64,000 nucleotides of DNA from positions 32,001-96,000 of the IMG/VR virus record IMGVR_UViG_3300032116_000057; one strand, given 5' to 3'. This DNA is from a virus. Within the stretch, counting starts at the first letter, position 1. The number at the start of each line of letters is the position of its first letter. Made by a program: the position numbers and the translations under genes. Below, one piece after another: positions 17,321 through 26,647 of this stretch. Below the pieces are notes generated by a model. The model was given only the letters and a program-made list of their open reading frames with translations, was not told the DNA's origin and made no database searches.

Positions 17321-20137
17321 ATTACCGTAAATACACTGCGTATATTCGCAGCACTAATTGGTCTCTATAAAAGAATAACATTTGCCCTAGGAGTAGGGTT
17401 TTTTTTCGTATTGCTAACTATTTCTTCTGCCTACGCTGAAGGGGAAGGGTCAACAACCACAGGAGAAACAACCCAACAGCCCACACAAAGTCCAGAACCA
17501 TCTCCTAGTCCTTCCACAACGTCTTCGAGCGAAGCGACTCCAACTCCGACTCCAACTCCAGAACCCTCGCCTGCAACTTCGGACCCTCAAACTTCCAGTA
17601 CGACATATTCCACTGAGGCGCCTCCATCCCAGACGAGTGGGACTGCGTCAACTTCTGGTTCATCCGAGCCAAGTCCGACTCCTGCGCCTTCACCTTCGCC
17701 TGAGCCCAGCGCAACTCCTCTTCCAACATCAGAACCCGCTCCATCTTCTGAACCGAGTCCAACTCCAACACCGACTCCAGAGACTTCACCTTCCGTAACA
17801 ACGGCTCCTTCGTCTGAACCCAGCCCACAACCCAGCCCGCAAGAAACGACAACAACGGTAGCCACAACTCCAGAAACATCAACGGTTACCTCCGTTCAAA
17901 ATAAAATTGAGAGCGCAACTGTAACATTAAACACGGCTGTTCAAGCCGCTAGTTCAGAACAACAATCTGCTGCCGCTACTCCGGTTGCAGAAGCTCAGAC
18001 AGCTATTGCAGCCGCCGAATCTGCCACCGTAATAGCTGTAGCAGCGCAAACTGCCGTTGATTCTCAAACTGTTGTGGTGTCTACGGCAGCAAGTAACGTG
18101 TCTACTGCTCAAGAGCAATTGGCTACTCTTCAGGGTGCCCCAGAAAACACAAAAGTTTTTACAACAGATGGGTATGTAGCTCCGGTAGCTCCTGAAAGCC
18201 CTACGGTAACTACTACTACTCTTCCTATTATGTATGATGCTGCAACTAAGATTCAAACACCATTTGACATTAAAATGGGTGATACCGTCTATAACGGTCA
18301 AGGAACAGCTAGCCAGATCTATGTAACTTCTAAAGCAACTATTACCTTTGGTACTGGCGACTTTAACTGGTGGGATTTTCCTAATGGTCCAAGCATCTCA
18401 GTGTTTGCAAGTGACTACCAGAATGCTGGTCCTGGGGCATCGACTGTAGTCACTACTACAGAAACTACTCTGGAAGTTGATTGGACCCTCCATAAGTTTG
18501 CAGATCCAAATGGACCGTTAACAAATGTTAATTGGAAGATGACGGTAAACCCTGAAACTGGGGAATGGACAGGAATCGGTAAGATTTCTGGAAACACTAC
18601 TGGCTTGTGGAATGGGCCTAGAACAGGAGTAAGAGAAGCTGTAGGAGAACCAGTTAAACCAATGACTGCCGTAACTTCTGAGACCATTGCTGCAGCTGAA
18701 ATTGTTGTAACAACAGCTCAAACTACTTTATCAACTGAGCAAACAACCCTAACTACACTAACTGAAACAGCTACTGCAACTATTGCTGCTGCGGATCAGT
18801 TGGCAACTGTTGCTGTTGAGAAGGTTGCGACTGCAGTAACTGCGCTCTCAGCACCTGTAACTTCGCCAGAGACTCAACAGCCGTCTGTGTCGCCAAGCGA
18901 ACCGACTCCTGAACCTGCTCCCTCTCCAACTCCTCCTGCTCAAGAATCTTCTCAATCAACAAATCCTCAGAGCCCTCAGCCATCCACTCCTCAACAATCT
19001 GACGCGCCTTCGCAATCTCAAGATTCCACAACAACTCAAACTGATGCTGGTCCATCTACTTCTCCTTCTGACACTGGCAATTCTGGCACTGACACGGCTC
19101 CAGAACCTCAACCCGAGACTCAACCTCAACCAACTTCTCCTGAGCCTCAGCCTGAGCCAACCTCTCCATCAGAACCTGAGTCTGAGGATCCTCCAGTAAC
19201 TCCTGAATCGCCGTCTGAACCTCAGGACGAACCTGTAGAACCAGAGCCAACTCCTCAAGAGCCTGAACAAGAACCTTCTGAAGAGGAAACACAAAATCCG
19301 GAAGAGGTTGATCCGGTTGATACTCCAGATGACAATCCTTCAGACACTCCAGACGATTCAGAGAATCCTCAAGAAGATTCTGAAGCTTCCAATGATCAGT
19401 CCACAGAAACGGATTCATCTACTGAGTCGCCCACAGAAGAACAATCAGAGCCCACAGAATCCCCAACAGATACGGAAGATACTTCATCGGAATCCGAAGA
19501 AACTTCGGAGCCTCCATTGGAAGATGGCGCAGCTGAGGAAGAAGAATCACAACAGCAGTCACAAGAGCAAGAGCAAGAAAATCAGTCCACAGAATCATCC
19601 TCTAATACTACACCTTCTGTAGAAGAAGCTGTCACAGAGGCGCTAGCAGATGGAAAACTAACGGAAGCTGAGAAAGAGGTTGTTGCTGAAGCTTTAATTG
19701 AGGCTGCTAATGGCGGTCCAGTATCTGCTGAAGCCATAAAAGAAGCAGGTATTGAATATAAAGATCTTCCTGCCGAGACTCCAGTTGAGGTTAGGAAGGA
19801 TGAAAACGGTAACGAAGTTATAATTACAGCAGACGTTGCTGCGGCTCTCGTTTTATTAGAGAACCCATCTGAATTAGTTGGCGCAATATTTAGCGACCCC
19901 GGGGAAGCACTACAAGCACTTGGAAGTATCGGTGCTGATATGTCCCCTGAAGAAAGAGAAGAAGCAGAAAAAATGGTAGTTGCTGCCGTCATTGCAGGCA
20001 ATGCTGCAATCAATGCTGTAGCAGTTGCTGGCGCTGCTGGAGGAACCACCACCGGTGGTAGCTCTAGTGGTGGAGGAAGTTCTGGAGGCGGAGGAGCCTC
20101 TGGAGAATCAAAAGGATATAGGAGACGCAAACCTTGA
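17321..20137 (+). CDS. large secreted/membrane-anchored Pro/Ser/Thr/Glu-rich mucin-like protein (start uncertain, 17321-17411)
   Basis: Frame open from 17321 with signal-peptide-like ...FALGVGFFFVLLTISSAYA/E; low-complexity arms around a beta-rich domain; hydrophobic C-terminal segment then RRRKP. Confidence 0.8.
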   Translation: MTVNTLRIFAALIGLYKRITFALGVGFFFVLLTISSAYAEGEGSTTTGETTQQPTQSPEPSPSPSTTSSSEATPTPTPTPEPSPATSDPQTSSTTYSTEAPPSQTSGTASTSGSSEPSPTPAPSPSPEPSATPLPTSEPAPSSEPSPTPTPTPETSPSVTTAPSSEPSPQPSPQETTTTVATTPETSTVTSVQNKIESATVTLNTAVQAASSEQQSAAATPVAEAQTAIAAAESATVIAVAAQTAVDSQTVVVSTAASNVSTAQEQLATLQGAPENTKVFTTDGYVAPVAPESPTVTTTTLPIMYDAATKIQTPFDIKMGDTVYNGQGTASQIYVTSKATITFGTGDFNWWDFPNGPSISVFASDYQNAGPGASTVVTTTETTLEVDWTLHKFADPNGPLTNVNWKMTVNPETGEWTGIGKISGNTTGLWNGPRTGVREAVGEPVKPMTAVTSETIAAAEIVVTTAQTTLSTEQTTLTTLTETATATIAAADQLATVAVEKVATAVTALSAPVTSPETQQPSVSPSEPTPEPAPSPTPPAQESSQSTNPQSPQPSTPQQSDAPSQSQDSTTTQTDAGPSTSPSDTGNSGTDTAPEPQPETQPQPTSPEPQPEPTSPSEPESEDPPVTPESPSEPQDEPVEPEPTPQEPEQEPSEEETQNPEEVDPVDTPDDNPSDTPDDSENPQEDSEASNDQSTETDSSTESPTEEQSEPTESPTDTEDTSSESEETSEPPLEDGAAEEEESQQQSQEQEQENQSTESSSNTTPSVEEAVTEALADGKLTEAEKEVVAEALIEAANGGPVSAEAIKEAGIEYKDLPAETPVEVRKDENGNEVIITADVAAALVLLENPSELVGAIFSDPGEALQALGSIGADMSPEEREEAEKMVVAAVIAGNAAINAVAVAGAAGGTTTGGSSSGGGSSGGGGASGESKGYRRRKP

Positions 20138-20304
20138 AGCTACTTAGAGACATGATAGATCAGCTTTGGACACTATTAGGCATGTTTATTGCCTGGGTTG
20201 TCCTAGACGGTAGTGCTAAGACTGTTGTAGGCTACGCAATAGTAGGCACCTTGCTGGCGTGGGCAATCACATACCCCTTGAGGAACCCAAAGGATGAAGA
20301 ATAA
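20134..20304 (+). CDS. small two-TM membrane protein (56 aa)
   Basis: Translated by hand: MKLLRDMIDQLWTLLGMFIAWVVLDGSAKTVVGYAIVGTLLAWAITYPLRNPKDEE; TTGA overlap. Confidence 0.7.
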   Translation: MKLLRDMIDQLWTLLGMFIAWVVLDGSAKTVVGYAIVGTLLAWAITYPLRNPKDEE

Positions 20305-20497
20305 GAGTAAGCTATTCCTTGCAGGAATGTCCCTGGTCTTTTTAACAGGCTGCGGATATGATGGACATTTTAGATATCCGTGTCAAGATCCAGCAAACTG
20401 GGAAGCAGCAGAATGCAAGCCACCAATTTGCACAGCTAGTGGAACTTGTCCAGAAGACTTAGGCAAACCAGAACAAGAAGGAACACAAAATGGCTAA
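20294..20497 (+). CDS. small Cys-rich lipoprotein
   Basis: Signal peptide with lipobox LTGC; four further Cys. Confidence 0.75.
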   Translation: MKNKSKLFLAGMSLVFLTGCGYDGHFRYPCQDPANWEAAECKPPICTASGTCPEDLGKPEQEGTQNG

Positions 20498-20900
20498 AGA
20501 AAGACTTACCCCCCAAGAACTAGATGCTCGCCTTAAGTTTATTTTAGGCATAACACTAGGCTCTATTTTATTTTTTACCGCTATAGGTATTCTCTATGGC
20601 CTTTTATTTGTTACTCAACCTATTGGGGCTCAGTCTGAAAATGACAAGATGTTCTTTAACGTTCTTGGAAGCGTAGCAACATTTATCACCGGAACCCTTG
20701 CTGGCCTTCTTATCGGTCAATCAGGCGCTAAAGATATTATGGCAGCACAGCTTGCTAATAAAGAGATGGATGCTAAGAACACTCAAGCCGACAAGAAGCT
20801 TGAAGCGGAGATTGATGATGCTAAAGCCCGTAGATTGGCAAAACCAGACGGCGCTATGCCAGAACCACAACCAGTAGATGAGGAATGGGATAAAGACTAA
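20490..20900 (+). CDS. two-TM membrane protein (holin-like)
   Basis: Two long hydrophobic helices; directly upstream of the endolysin. Confidence 0.7.
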   Translation: MAKERLTPQELDARLKFILGITLGSILFFTAIGILYGLLFVTQPIGAQSENDKMFFNVLGSVATFITGTLAGLLIGQSGAKDIMAAQLANKEMDAKNTQADKKLEAEIDDAKARRLAKPDGAMPEPQPVDEEWDKD

Positions 20901-21472
20901 TGGCTGAAATGGGAACAGCAGCAAAGCTCATTGAAGTAGCTACTGCGGAGATTGGAACCGTAGAAGGTCCTAAAGATAACGAAACTAAGTATGGTGCTTT
21001 TACCAAGGCTAACTTTCAGCCATGGTGTGGCTCATTCGTTATGTGGTGCGCTGATCAAGCTGGAGTAAAAGTACCTAATACTGTTTACACTCCAGGTGGA
21101 GCACAAGCATTTAAGAAGAAGAACTCTTGGATTGATGGAGACCTAGCTGATCCAGAACCAGGCGATATTGCGTATTTTGATTTCCCATCCGATGGAGTAG
21201 ACCGTATTTCGCACGTCGGCATTGTTGTTAAGGACAATGAAGACGGCACCGTATGGTGCATAGAAGGAAATACCTCTGGAGATTCCAAAGGTAGTCAACG
21301 TAACGGAGGAGAGGTCTGCAAAAAACTACGTGCATACAAGAAAAATAAAAAGAATGTACAAATCTCTATCGTTGGATTTGGTCGCCCAAAGTTTAAAGGG
21401 GCAGCTAAATCATCTCCGTCTCCAGCTGCTGAAACTCAGGAGACATGCCATTGTTGTGGTAAACCTAAATAA
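20900..21472 (+). CDS. CHAP-domain endolysin
   Basis: PWCGSFV (catalytic Cys), SHVGIV (His) and IEGNT motifs. Confidence 0.9.
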   Translation: MAEMGTAAKLIEVATAEIGTVEGPKDNETKYGAFTKANFQPWCGSFVMWCADQAGVKVPNTVYTPGGAQAFKKKNSWIDGDLADPEPGDIAYFDFPSDGVDRISHVGIVVKDNEDGTVWCIEGNTSGDSKGSQRNGGEVCKKLRAYKKNKKNVQISIVGFGRPKFKGAAKSSPSPAAETQETCHCCGKPK

Positions 21473-21495
21473 TTAGGATGTGATCCTTATCTAGG

Positions 21496-21519
21496 ACGGG
21501 GAGCCGAAAGGCTCCCCGT
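21496..21519. terminator. intrinsic terminator, probably bidirectional
   Basis: 10-bp stem ACGGGGAGCC-GAAA-GGCTCCCCGT between convergent genes, T-rich 3' flank. Confidence 0.8.
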
Positions 21520-21525
21520 TCTTAT

Positions 21526-22692
21526 TTATAAGACTACTAGCTCCCTGCGTGGATCTATACCATCCCCTACGACTAAAGAAACAAGACCTGGGGCGCTTTC
21601 AAGACCGGACTTATTTCTAAACCAAGCGGAGCCATTATCCATTGCAGGGTTCTGTATAAATAACCTAGGGCCTACGCTTTGAACATGGTAGTGATGAAAG
21701 TGACCAACATTTAGAATGTCAGCTTGAGCGACGGAGCAACGTCCCATAGCTTGTCCCATCCACCACTTAATAAGATCCCTAGCTTGATGGCCATGAGCCA
21801 TGCCATATAGGGTTCCACTTAAATCTACTGCAATAGTTGAATCGTCTGCAGCAGGATACCTAAACTCAACTCGATCACGAAGGAAATCATTTTCTTTACA
21901 GATATCTTCTACTGAAGCAACAATATCAATCTGCCAAGAATCTTCCGGCCTACCTACAAGAAACCTTTGTACCTCATCATGATTACCAGGAACTACAGGA
22001 ATAATAATTTTAGATGTTAGTTGAGACATGGCTTTAATCTGTGAAATAAGCATGCGTCGTCCTACACGAACTTGTTCTGATACTCCTATATCATGACGTC
22101 CCATGACTTTACCTTTTTGGCTAGTCATGCCTTCGATGCAATCGCCTAACTGTGGTAATGCGATCTGACCAATAGAATATTTTTTAGTTAGTTCTTGATG
22201 GCGTTCTACTGATGCATCAAAACCTTTTAACACTCTATCAATAATAGCTGGGGTATCGTCTTTACCGTATTGTGTGTCGCCAATGCTATATACGGCTGTT
22301 AAATCTCCAGTTGTATCTACAGACTTGTTTGGTGTCCACTTGCTTATACCCTCCAACAACTGCTCTAAGTCATAATCTTTTTTAACCGAATCAGTAACTG
22401 GAACTACGTTAACTCTAAACGACTCTAACCAATCACCGTTGTATGTTTGCCAACGAGATCTACGATGGGATACGACTGCCCACTCTTCTGGGTTTAGATT
22501 TGCTTCACGCAGAATATCTTCTGCACCTGGCGTATTACCATCTGGTCTAGGTGTTGAAACAACAAATCCACCATCAGTGCCAATCTCTGATCTAGGACGC
22601 CAAGCATCCGGAATACTTTTATTTAACTTATCTGATCCTTGATTACCGGCTTGAATTATTGCATCGTAATCATCTGCTAAGGACATCCGCAT
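21526..22692 (-). CDS. calcineurin-like metallophosphoesterase / nuclease
   Basis: GDTQ, LGDCIEG, PGNHD, HGH and GHFHH motifs. Confidence 0.85.
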   Translation of the reverse strand: MRMSLADDYDAIIQAGNQGSDKLNKSIPDAWRPRSEIGTDGGFVVSTPRPDGNTPGAEDILREANLNPEEWAVVSHRRSRWQTYNGDWLESFRVNVVPVTDSVKKDYDLEQLLEGISKWTPNKSVDTTGDLTAVYSIGDTQYGKDDTPAIIDRVLKGFDASVERHQELTKKYSIGQIALPQLGDCIEGMTSQKGKVMGRHDIGVSEQVRVGRRMLISQIKAMSQLTSKIIIPVVPGNHDEVQRFLVGRPEDSWQIDIVASVEDICKENDFLRDRVEFRYPAADDSTIAVDLSGTLYGMAHGHQARDLIKWWMGQAMGRCSVAQADILNVGHFHHYHVQSVGPRLFIQNPAMDNGSAWFRNKSGLESAPGLVSLVVGDGIDPRRELVVL

Positions 22693-22910
22693 GCTCCATT
22701 TCTATGGGTGAGCAGGGATGACAAACCAAATGTTGCTCCTGCTTTTTGGTATAAACGAAAAAGACTTCTCGTTGAGAAGTCTGCGTCATTAATCGAAGTA
22801 TCAAATGCAGCTCTATCATTTTCTGCAAGAGAAGCTGCCCATTGTCCTACAACACAATAGTTGAGGATCTTGTTATTTTCTTTAGCCTCTTCGTAGAGGT
22901 TTTGTAACAT
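22677..22910 (-). CDS. small hypothetical protein (C...HRxxxCxC)
   Basis: ORF track; typical partner upstream of this phosphoesterase type. Confidence 0.6.
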   Translation of the reverse strand: MLQNLYEEAKENNKILNYCVVGQWAASLAENDRAAFDTSINDADFSTRSLFRLYQKAGATFGLSSLLTHRNGACGCP

Positions 22911-22937
22911 GTGTTTGCTCCGTATGTTGGTCCGTAT

Positions 22938-22965
22938 TGCCTAGCCCCAATTCTGAGGCTAGGCA
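22938..22965 (-). terminator. intergenic hairpin, possible terminator
   Basis: TGCCTAGCC...GGCTAGGCA inverted repeat downstream of 22980..23330. Confidence 0.45.
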
Positions 22966-22979
22966 TATACTACACGAAA

Positions 22980-23330
22980 TTAGTACGAAGCGGAAGTTCC
23001 GCCGTCAAAGTTAATTCGAGTACGCTTTGTAGCTGTACGAATAATGACGCCGTTACGTTGGGTCTCACCTGAAGCTGGGTCTACCTGCTTTGTATATCTA
23101 GCGGTAGTAGGTGAATAAGCTGCGCCATTTCGCTCAGCTGCTGAAGGCAACGCGTTCTTACGATTTGCTTTAGTACCGTAAGCGCTTGGGTCTCCAGACT
23201 GTGCACCCTGCTTCTTAACTAACTTACCAGCTTTTGGTGTAGCCGTAGAAAACTTAGTGCCTTCACGTCCCATAGGGGTGCGGCCTTGCTTTGCCATTCC
23301 GGCTAAAGCTTCTGATGTTGCATCTGCCAT
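22980..23330 (-). CDS. basic hypothetical protein
   Basis: ORF track. Confidence 0.65.
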   Translation of the reverse strand: MADATSEALAGMAKQGRTPMGREGTKFSTATPKAGKLVKKQGAQSGDPSAYGTKANRKNALPSAAERNGAAYSPTTARYTKQVDPASGETQRNGVIIRTATKRTRINFDGGTSASY

Positions 23331-23373
23331 TTTAATCCTAACCCTTGTTAGATCTCTTAATGATAAGAATACC

Positions 23374-23652
23374 CTAAGAGACTTGTATAGTAAAGACTAT
23401 CGCAGAGATTTGTCCATCTCTTGAATCTACCGTAGTAAATCCAGGTCTGCAAGTAAGATCAAGCCCTCTTGGGGCAACATATCCACGAGCTATTGCAATA
23501 GCTTTGACAGCCTGGTTGACAGCGGATGCGCCTACGGCTCTTAATTTAACTTGAGGAGCCTCATAGAGAGCGTGGGCGATAGCCGAACCAACCGACTGTG
23601 CATTAGATCCAGCGCTTACACGCAGGAATTTATCTTCAGTTTCTTCTGCCAC
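23374..23652 (-). CDS. spoVS: SpoVS-family (Alba-like) protein
   Basis: LRVSAGSNAQSVGSAIA...RAVGASAVNQAVKAIAIARGYVAPRG closely follows the SpoVS consensus. Confidence 0.9.
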   Translation of the reverse strand: MAEETEDKFLRVSAGSNAQSVGSAIAHALYEAPQVKLRAVGASAVNQAVKAIAIARGYVAPRGLDLTCRPGFTTVDSRDGQISAIVFTIQVS

Positions 23653-23711
23653 GTTTAGTAGTCCTTCGGTTTCGAATAGTGGAAGCCCTCCGAAGGTAAA
23701 CGGTACGATAT

Positions 23712-24062
23712 TTATGGGGTTAAGTCAGCGTATCCTGCCGCCTTTAATAGCTTAATTAGGTCGTCTAACCTAAGAACTGCTGGCCAGTCTCCCACGGTAG
23801 CTGGTCCCTGGCCATTCAGTCGGAGGACGGCTACAGGCAACAGGTCGTCCGCACTTCTTTCCTTTAGCTGCTTTATAGCTGCACTTGGATTAAAATCTTT
23901 GCGAGCTTTTACTTCCCAATCTATGCCGATAGTTCCTGTAACGTCAGTACCTGATCTACCCGCACCAGTAGACTTTGCATAAGGCCAGCCTTCAGACACT
24001 AACTTGTTGGCAAGAATGTCCTGGGATTTGTACCCGCGATGCTTTCTAGATTGCGATGGCAT
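23712..24062 (-). CDS. Holliday-junction-resolvase-like PD-(D/E)xK nuclease
   Basis: RKHRG...GTDV...WEVKAR. Confidence 0.7.
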   Translation of the reverse strand: MPSQSRKHRGYKSQDILANKLVSEGWPYAKSTGAGRSGTDVTGTIGIDWEVKARKDFNPSAAIKQLKERSADDLLPVAVLRLNGQGPATVGDWPAVLRLDDLIKLLKAAGYADLTP

Positions 24063-24645
24063 CGTTCATCCTAATTTTAATTAGGAGTTCTAAGTCTTCT
24101 AAAGTTCCCCCATTGACAATGGTATGGTCTGGAGTAAATCCGTCCAACTCAGTCTCTGATATGTGAGAATTTACTGCTTCTACTCCAGGGCGTACAACTC
24201 TCCAGAGCTGCCCCTCAAACCGCTCAATATAATTTGCTTCGTTGGTAAAACGAACATCAGTAACAACGATTCTTTCTGATGGGTGCATGTCAGATAAGGC
24301 GGCTTGAATCCAAAAGTCTTCATTAAAAACTTTACGGGCAGATACTCCCAAGTCTTGTAATAAACGCCTTACTTGATTCTCCTGCTTAGCTTTATCCCAA
24401 CCAACAAGATCTACTAAGTCTTTTAGATAACCTGTTGGGCTGCAAGCAACCAGGGGATTTACGTCGTACAAAAACTCTCTGATCTTATCTGCAAAAGCGA
24501 CACGTCTATATCCATACTTCTCTACAAGAATGTTTGCTACAGTATCTTTACCCGACTGAGCATAACCTGTTAGTCCAATTAACTTATAGGATCTTCTAAT
24601 ACCAAGCTCTTCATCAGTAAATAAAGCCATTTGTTCCCAAGTCAT
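24046..24645 (-). CDS. deoxynucleoside monophosphate kinase
   Basis: IGLTGYAQSGKDT, RRLLQDLG, DVRFTNEA and HISE motifs. Confidence 0.9.
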   Translation of the reverse strand: MTWEQMALFTDEELGIRRSYKLIGLTGYAQSGKDTVANILVEKYGYRRVAFADKIREFLYDVNPLVACSPTGYLKDLVDLVGWDKAKQENQVRRLLQDLGVSARKVFNEDFWIQAALSDMHPSERIVVTDVRFTNEANYIERFEGQLWRVVRPGVEAVNSHISETELDGFTPDHTIVNGGTLEDLELLIKIRMNDAIAI

Positions 24646-24653
24646 GTGTCCTC

Positions 24654-25151
24654 CTAAGGTAATAGCCAGGTACTTCTACCTGCAGCTTTGTTTATATTAA
24701 CTCTACGAGTAATCTCTCTATTGATTAGAGCAATATCTTTTGATAAGCGGTCAGAGATAATCTTTATAAGGCCGCAATAATTTGATAGTTCTTGCAAAGC
24801 ATCCGCTTTGTTTCGGTACTCCTCATCCAACTCAATCTCTGCGTCAATCATGGCCACTGCCTTGCCAGAACCCTTGAGGGATAATTTTTTTTCAGCCCTA
24901 ACTATGCTAAGAACTTTTTCGCCTTCTGCTTTATCTACTTCTGCACACCAAAGCTGTAGGTTTATAAACTCTAAATAAGCAACATACTTTGTGTATAAAT
25001 CCATAACTTCTTCTTCCATCATACCTGTGATGTCTGATGGTAATGCTGGAGCGTCATAACCAAAACGTTCGTTAACTAATAAGCCTTGATTCTTTAACGC
25101 CTGAATAGTTCTACTACTGGCCTCAGCTACCTTTAATTCAATAGGGCTCAT
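24654..25151 (-). CDS. helical protein, possible UvsY-like recombination mediator
   Basis: Coiled-coil character ending REITRR; lies in the recombination cluster. Confidence 0.45.
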   Translation of the reverse strand: MSPIELKVAEASSRTIQALKNQGLLVNERFGYDAPALPSDITGMMEEEVMDLYTKYVAYLEFINLQLWCAEVDKAEGEKVLSIVRAEKKLSLKGSGKAVAMIDAEIELDEEYRNKADALQELSNYCGLIKIISDRLSKDIALINREITRRVNINKAAGRSTWLLP

Positions 25152-26029
25152 GCTTCTCCTCCTCTAAAAGGTGCACATCTCTTACACCCAACTACTGGGT
25201 TAATACTACACACTGGTGGTCGGTTGTTGTCAACTGCCCAGGAAACATCCATAGCCTTATCAAAAATATCTTTGGTGTACTCGGGGTTATATTGAACTGT
25301 AAATTCTTTATAGTCTTGACTTGATTTAAGTTCATAGATAAATACAATCTCTGTTGGCGCAGAATCTAAAAGACCTTCTGCAACCATTAAATGACATAAA
25401 TGTAGGTATACCTGCCCCTGCAACTGGTGGCTTCTAAATGGAGACTTGATATTCTTCCAGGCTTTTTCTACATCTCCGTCGGCCTCTGCTAGTAAATACG
25501 GGGCTTCAAAACGAAGAGTCCCAGGACCTATTGATTTAATCTCAATAAGAAAATCGGGCCCTAATCCCTTAACCCAACCATCTGCTTTTCCAGAAATCTT
25601 ATGCTTAGCGCTGTGTAGAGGAACTTCTGCATAGTCAACACTTGGGTGAATATCTTTTGATAAAGCCCAACTTGTTCCAGTTTTATCTTTCCACGTACCG
25701 TACAAGTTTCCCATTTCGGCAATCCATGTTTGCCATTTAGTGTGAATGTAGTTACCTTCAGCAAAAATAGATGCCTGTCTAAGAGTTAACTTATCCCGCA
25801 CTTCTACATAATTTCCACGTAGTGCGTGATAAGCAGCTAAGGCACACCACTCTATCTTTACTAGATCAGATGGGTGAAGTACGTCATGATTACGTTCATC
25901 AAAAGGCTTTGCAAGTATGTGGCGCTCTAAAGCACCTACAAGCTTTGTTTCTCGCTTCTTTGTATTAAGGAAGCTTTTTAGCTCCTTGTTTTGTATCGCC
26001 TTTTTTACCACGTTTGTCCTCCGAATCAA
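25148..26029 (-). CDS. Cas4/RecB-like PD-(D/E)xK exonuclease
   Basis: HPSD...WC, GKADG, IEIKS, QGQVY and C-terminal CKRC. Confidence 0.85.
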   Translation of the reverse strand: MIRRTNVVKKAIQNKELKSFLNTKKRETKLVGALERHILAKPFDERNHDVLHPSDLVKIEWCALAAYHALRGNYVEVRDKLTLRQASIFAEGNYIHTKWQTWIAEMGNLYGTWKDKTGTSWALSKDIHPSVDYAEVPLHSAKHKISGKADGWVKGLGPDFLIEIKSIGPGTLRFEAPYLLAEADGDVEKAWKNIKSPFRSHQLQGQVYLHLCHLMVAEGLLDSAPTEIVFIYELKSSQDYKEFTVQYNPEYTKDIFDKAMDVSWAVDNNRPPVCSINPVVGCKRCAPFRGGEA

Positions 26030-26330
26030 GCCACTGGTCTAAGCTTAAACCCTTGGCGGTATACCGACGCTTAGCTGCATTTCTTTCTCTATGAGACATG
26101 CCGCCAAAAATTCCATGTAGTTCATCATTAATGATAGCTTCCTTTAAACATTCTCTACGTACAGGGCACGGAGGTCTCCCATCTTTGCCCCAGCAAATAG
26201 CCTTAGCTTTGTCTGCTATCTCTTTATATAAAGTTTTGTCTCGTGGCGGAAAAAATATTTCCGTATCTTCTCCTCGGCACTTAGCCTCATATCTCCACGC
26301 CCAAGACACTCTGTCCTGGTATTCGTCCAT
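25965..26330 (-). CDS. whiB: WhiB-family transcription factor
   Basis: Four Cys (AKC, AIC, CPVRREC) and GIFGG turn. Confidence 0.9.
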   Translation of the reverse strand: MDEYQDRVSWAWRYEAKCRGEDTEIFFPPRDKTLYKEIADKAKAICWGKDGRPPCPVRRECLKEAIINDELHGIFGGMSHRERNAAKRRYTAKGLSLDQWLDSEDKRGKKGDTKQGAKKLP

Positions 26331-26647
26331 CAGTCTCCCACTATTAAGTTGTGCAGCTCAAAAAAATCCTCCTCTAATAGGACTACATAATTCTCACCGT
26401 CTAGGTGTAATCCTAGCACTGGTTTACGACTATCCAGGATCGCCTCTTTGGTGATCTTCTTGAGCACTTCAGACTTAATGGTGACCTGTTTTTTTCCAGT
26501 CCACTTATGCTCTATGAGGAGGCTGTCGTTTCTTACATCCCCTTTACGAGACCAAAACGCCCCCGAAGCAGCACTGCGTTGCCCGCCTATTTTTTTGGCT
26601 AGCCTCTTCTCGTGCTTTAGGGACTCTTTTTTACCCCTACTCTCCAT
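26330..26647 (-). CDS. Holliday junction resolvase-like nuclease
   Basis: HEKR...SGA...KGDV...IEHK. Confidence 0.7.
   Translation of the reverse strand: MESRGKKESLKHEKRLAKKIGGQRSAASGAFWSRKGDVRNDSLLIEHKWTGKKQVTIKSEVLKKITKEAILDSRKPVLGLHLDGENYVVLLEEDFFELHNLIVGD

Noticed and set aside
17505-20130. Several - strand ORFs (e.g. 19582..20130)
   Set aside because: Antisense shadows of the low-complexity mucin-like gene
25148-26029. Cas4-like gene as part of a CRISPR-Cas system
   Set aside because: No array or other cas genes; solo Cas4-like exonucleases are common in phage recombination modules
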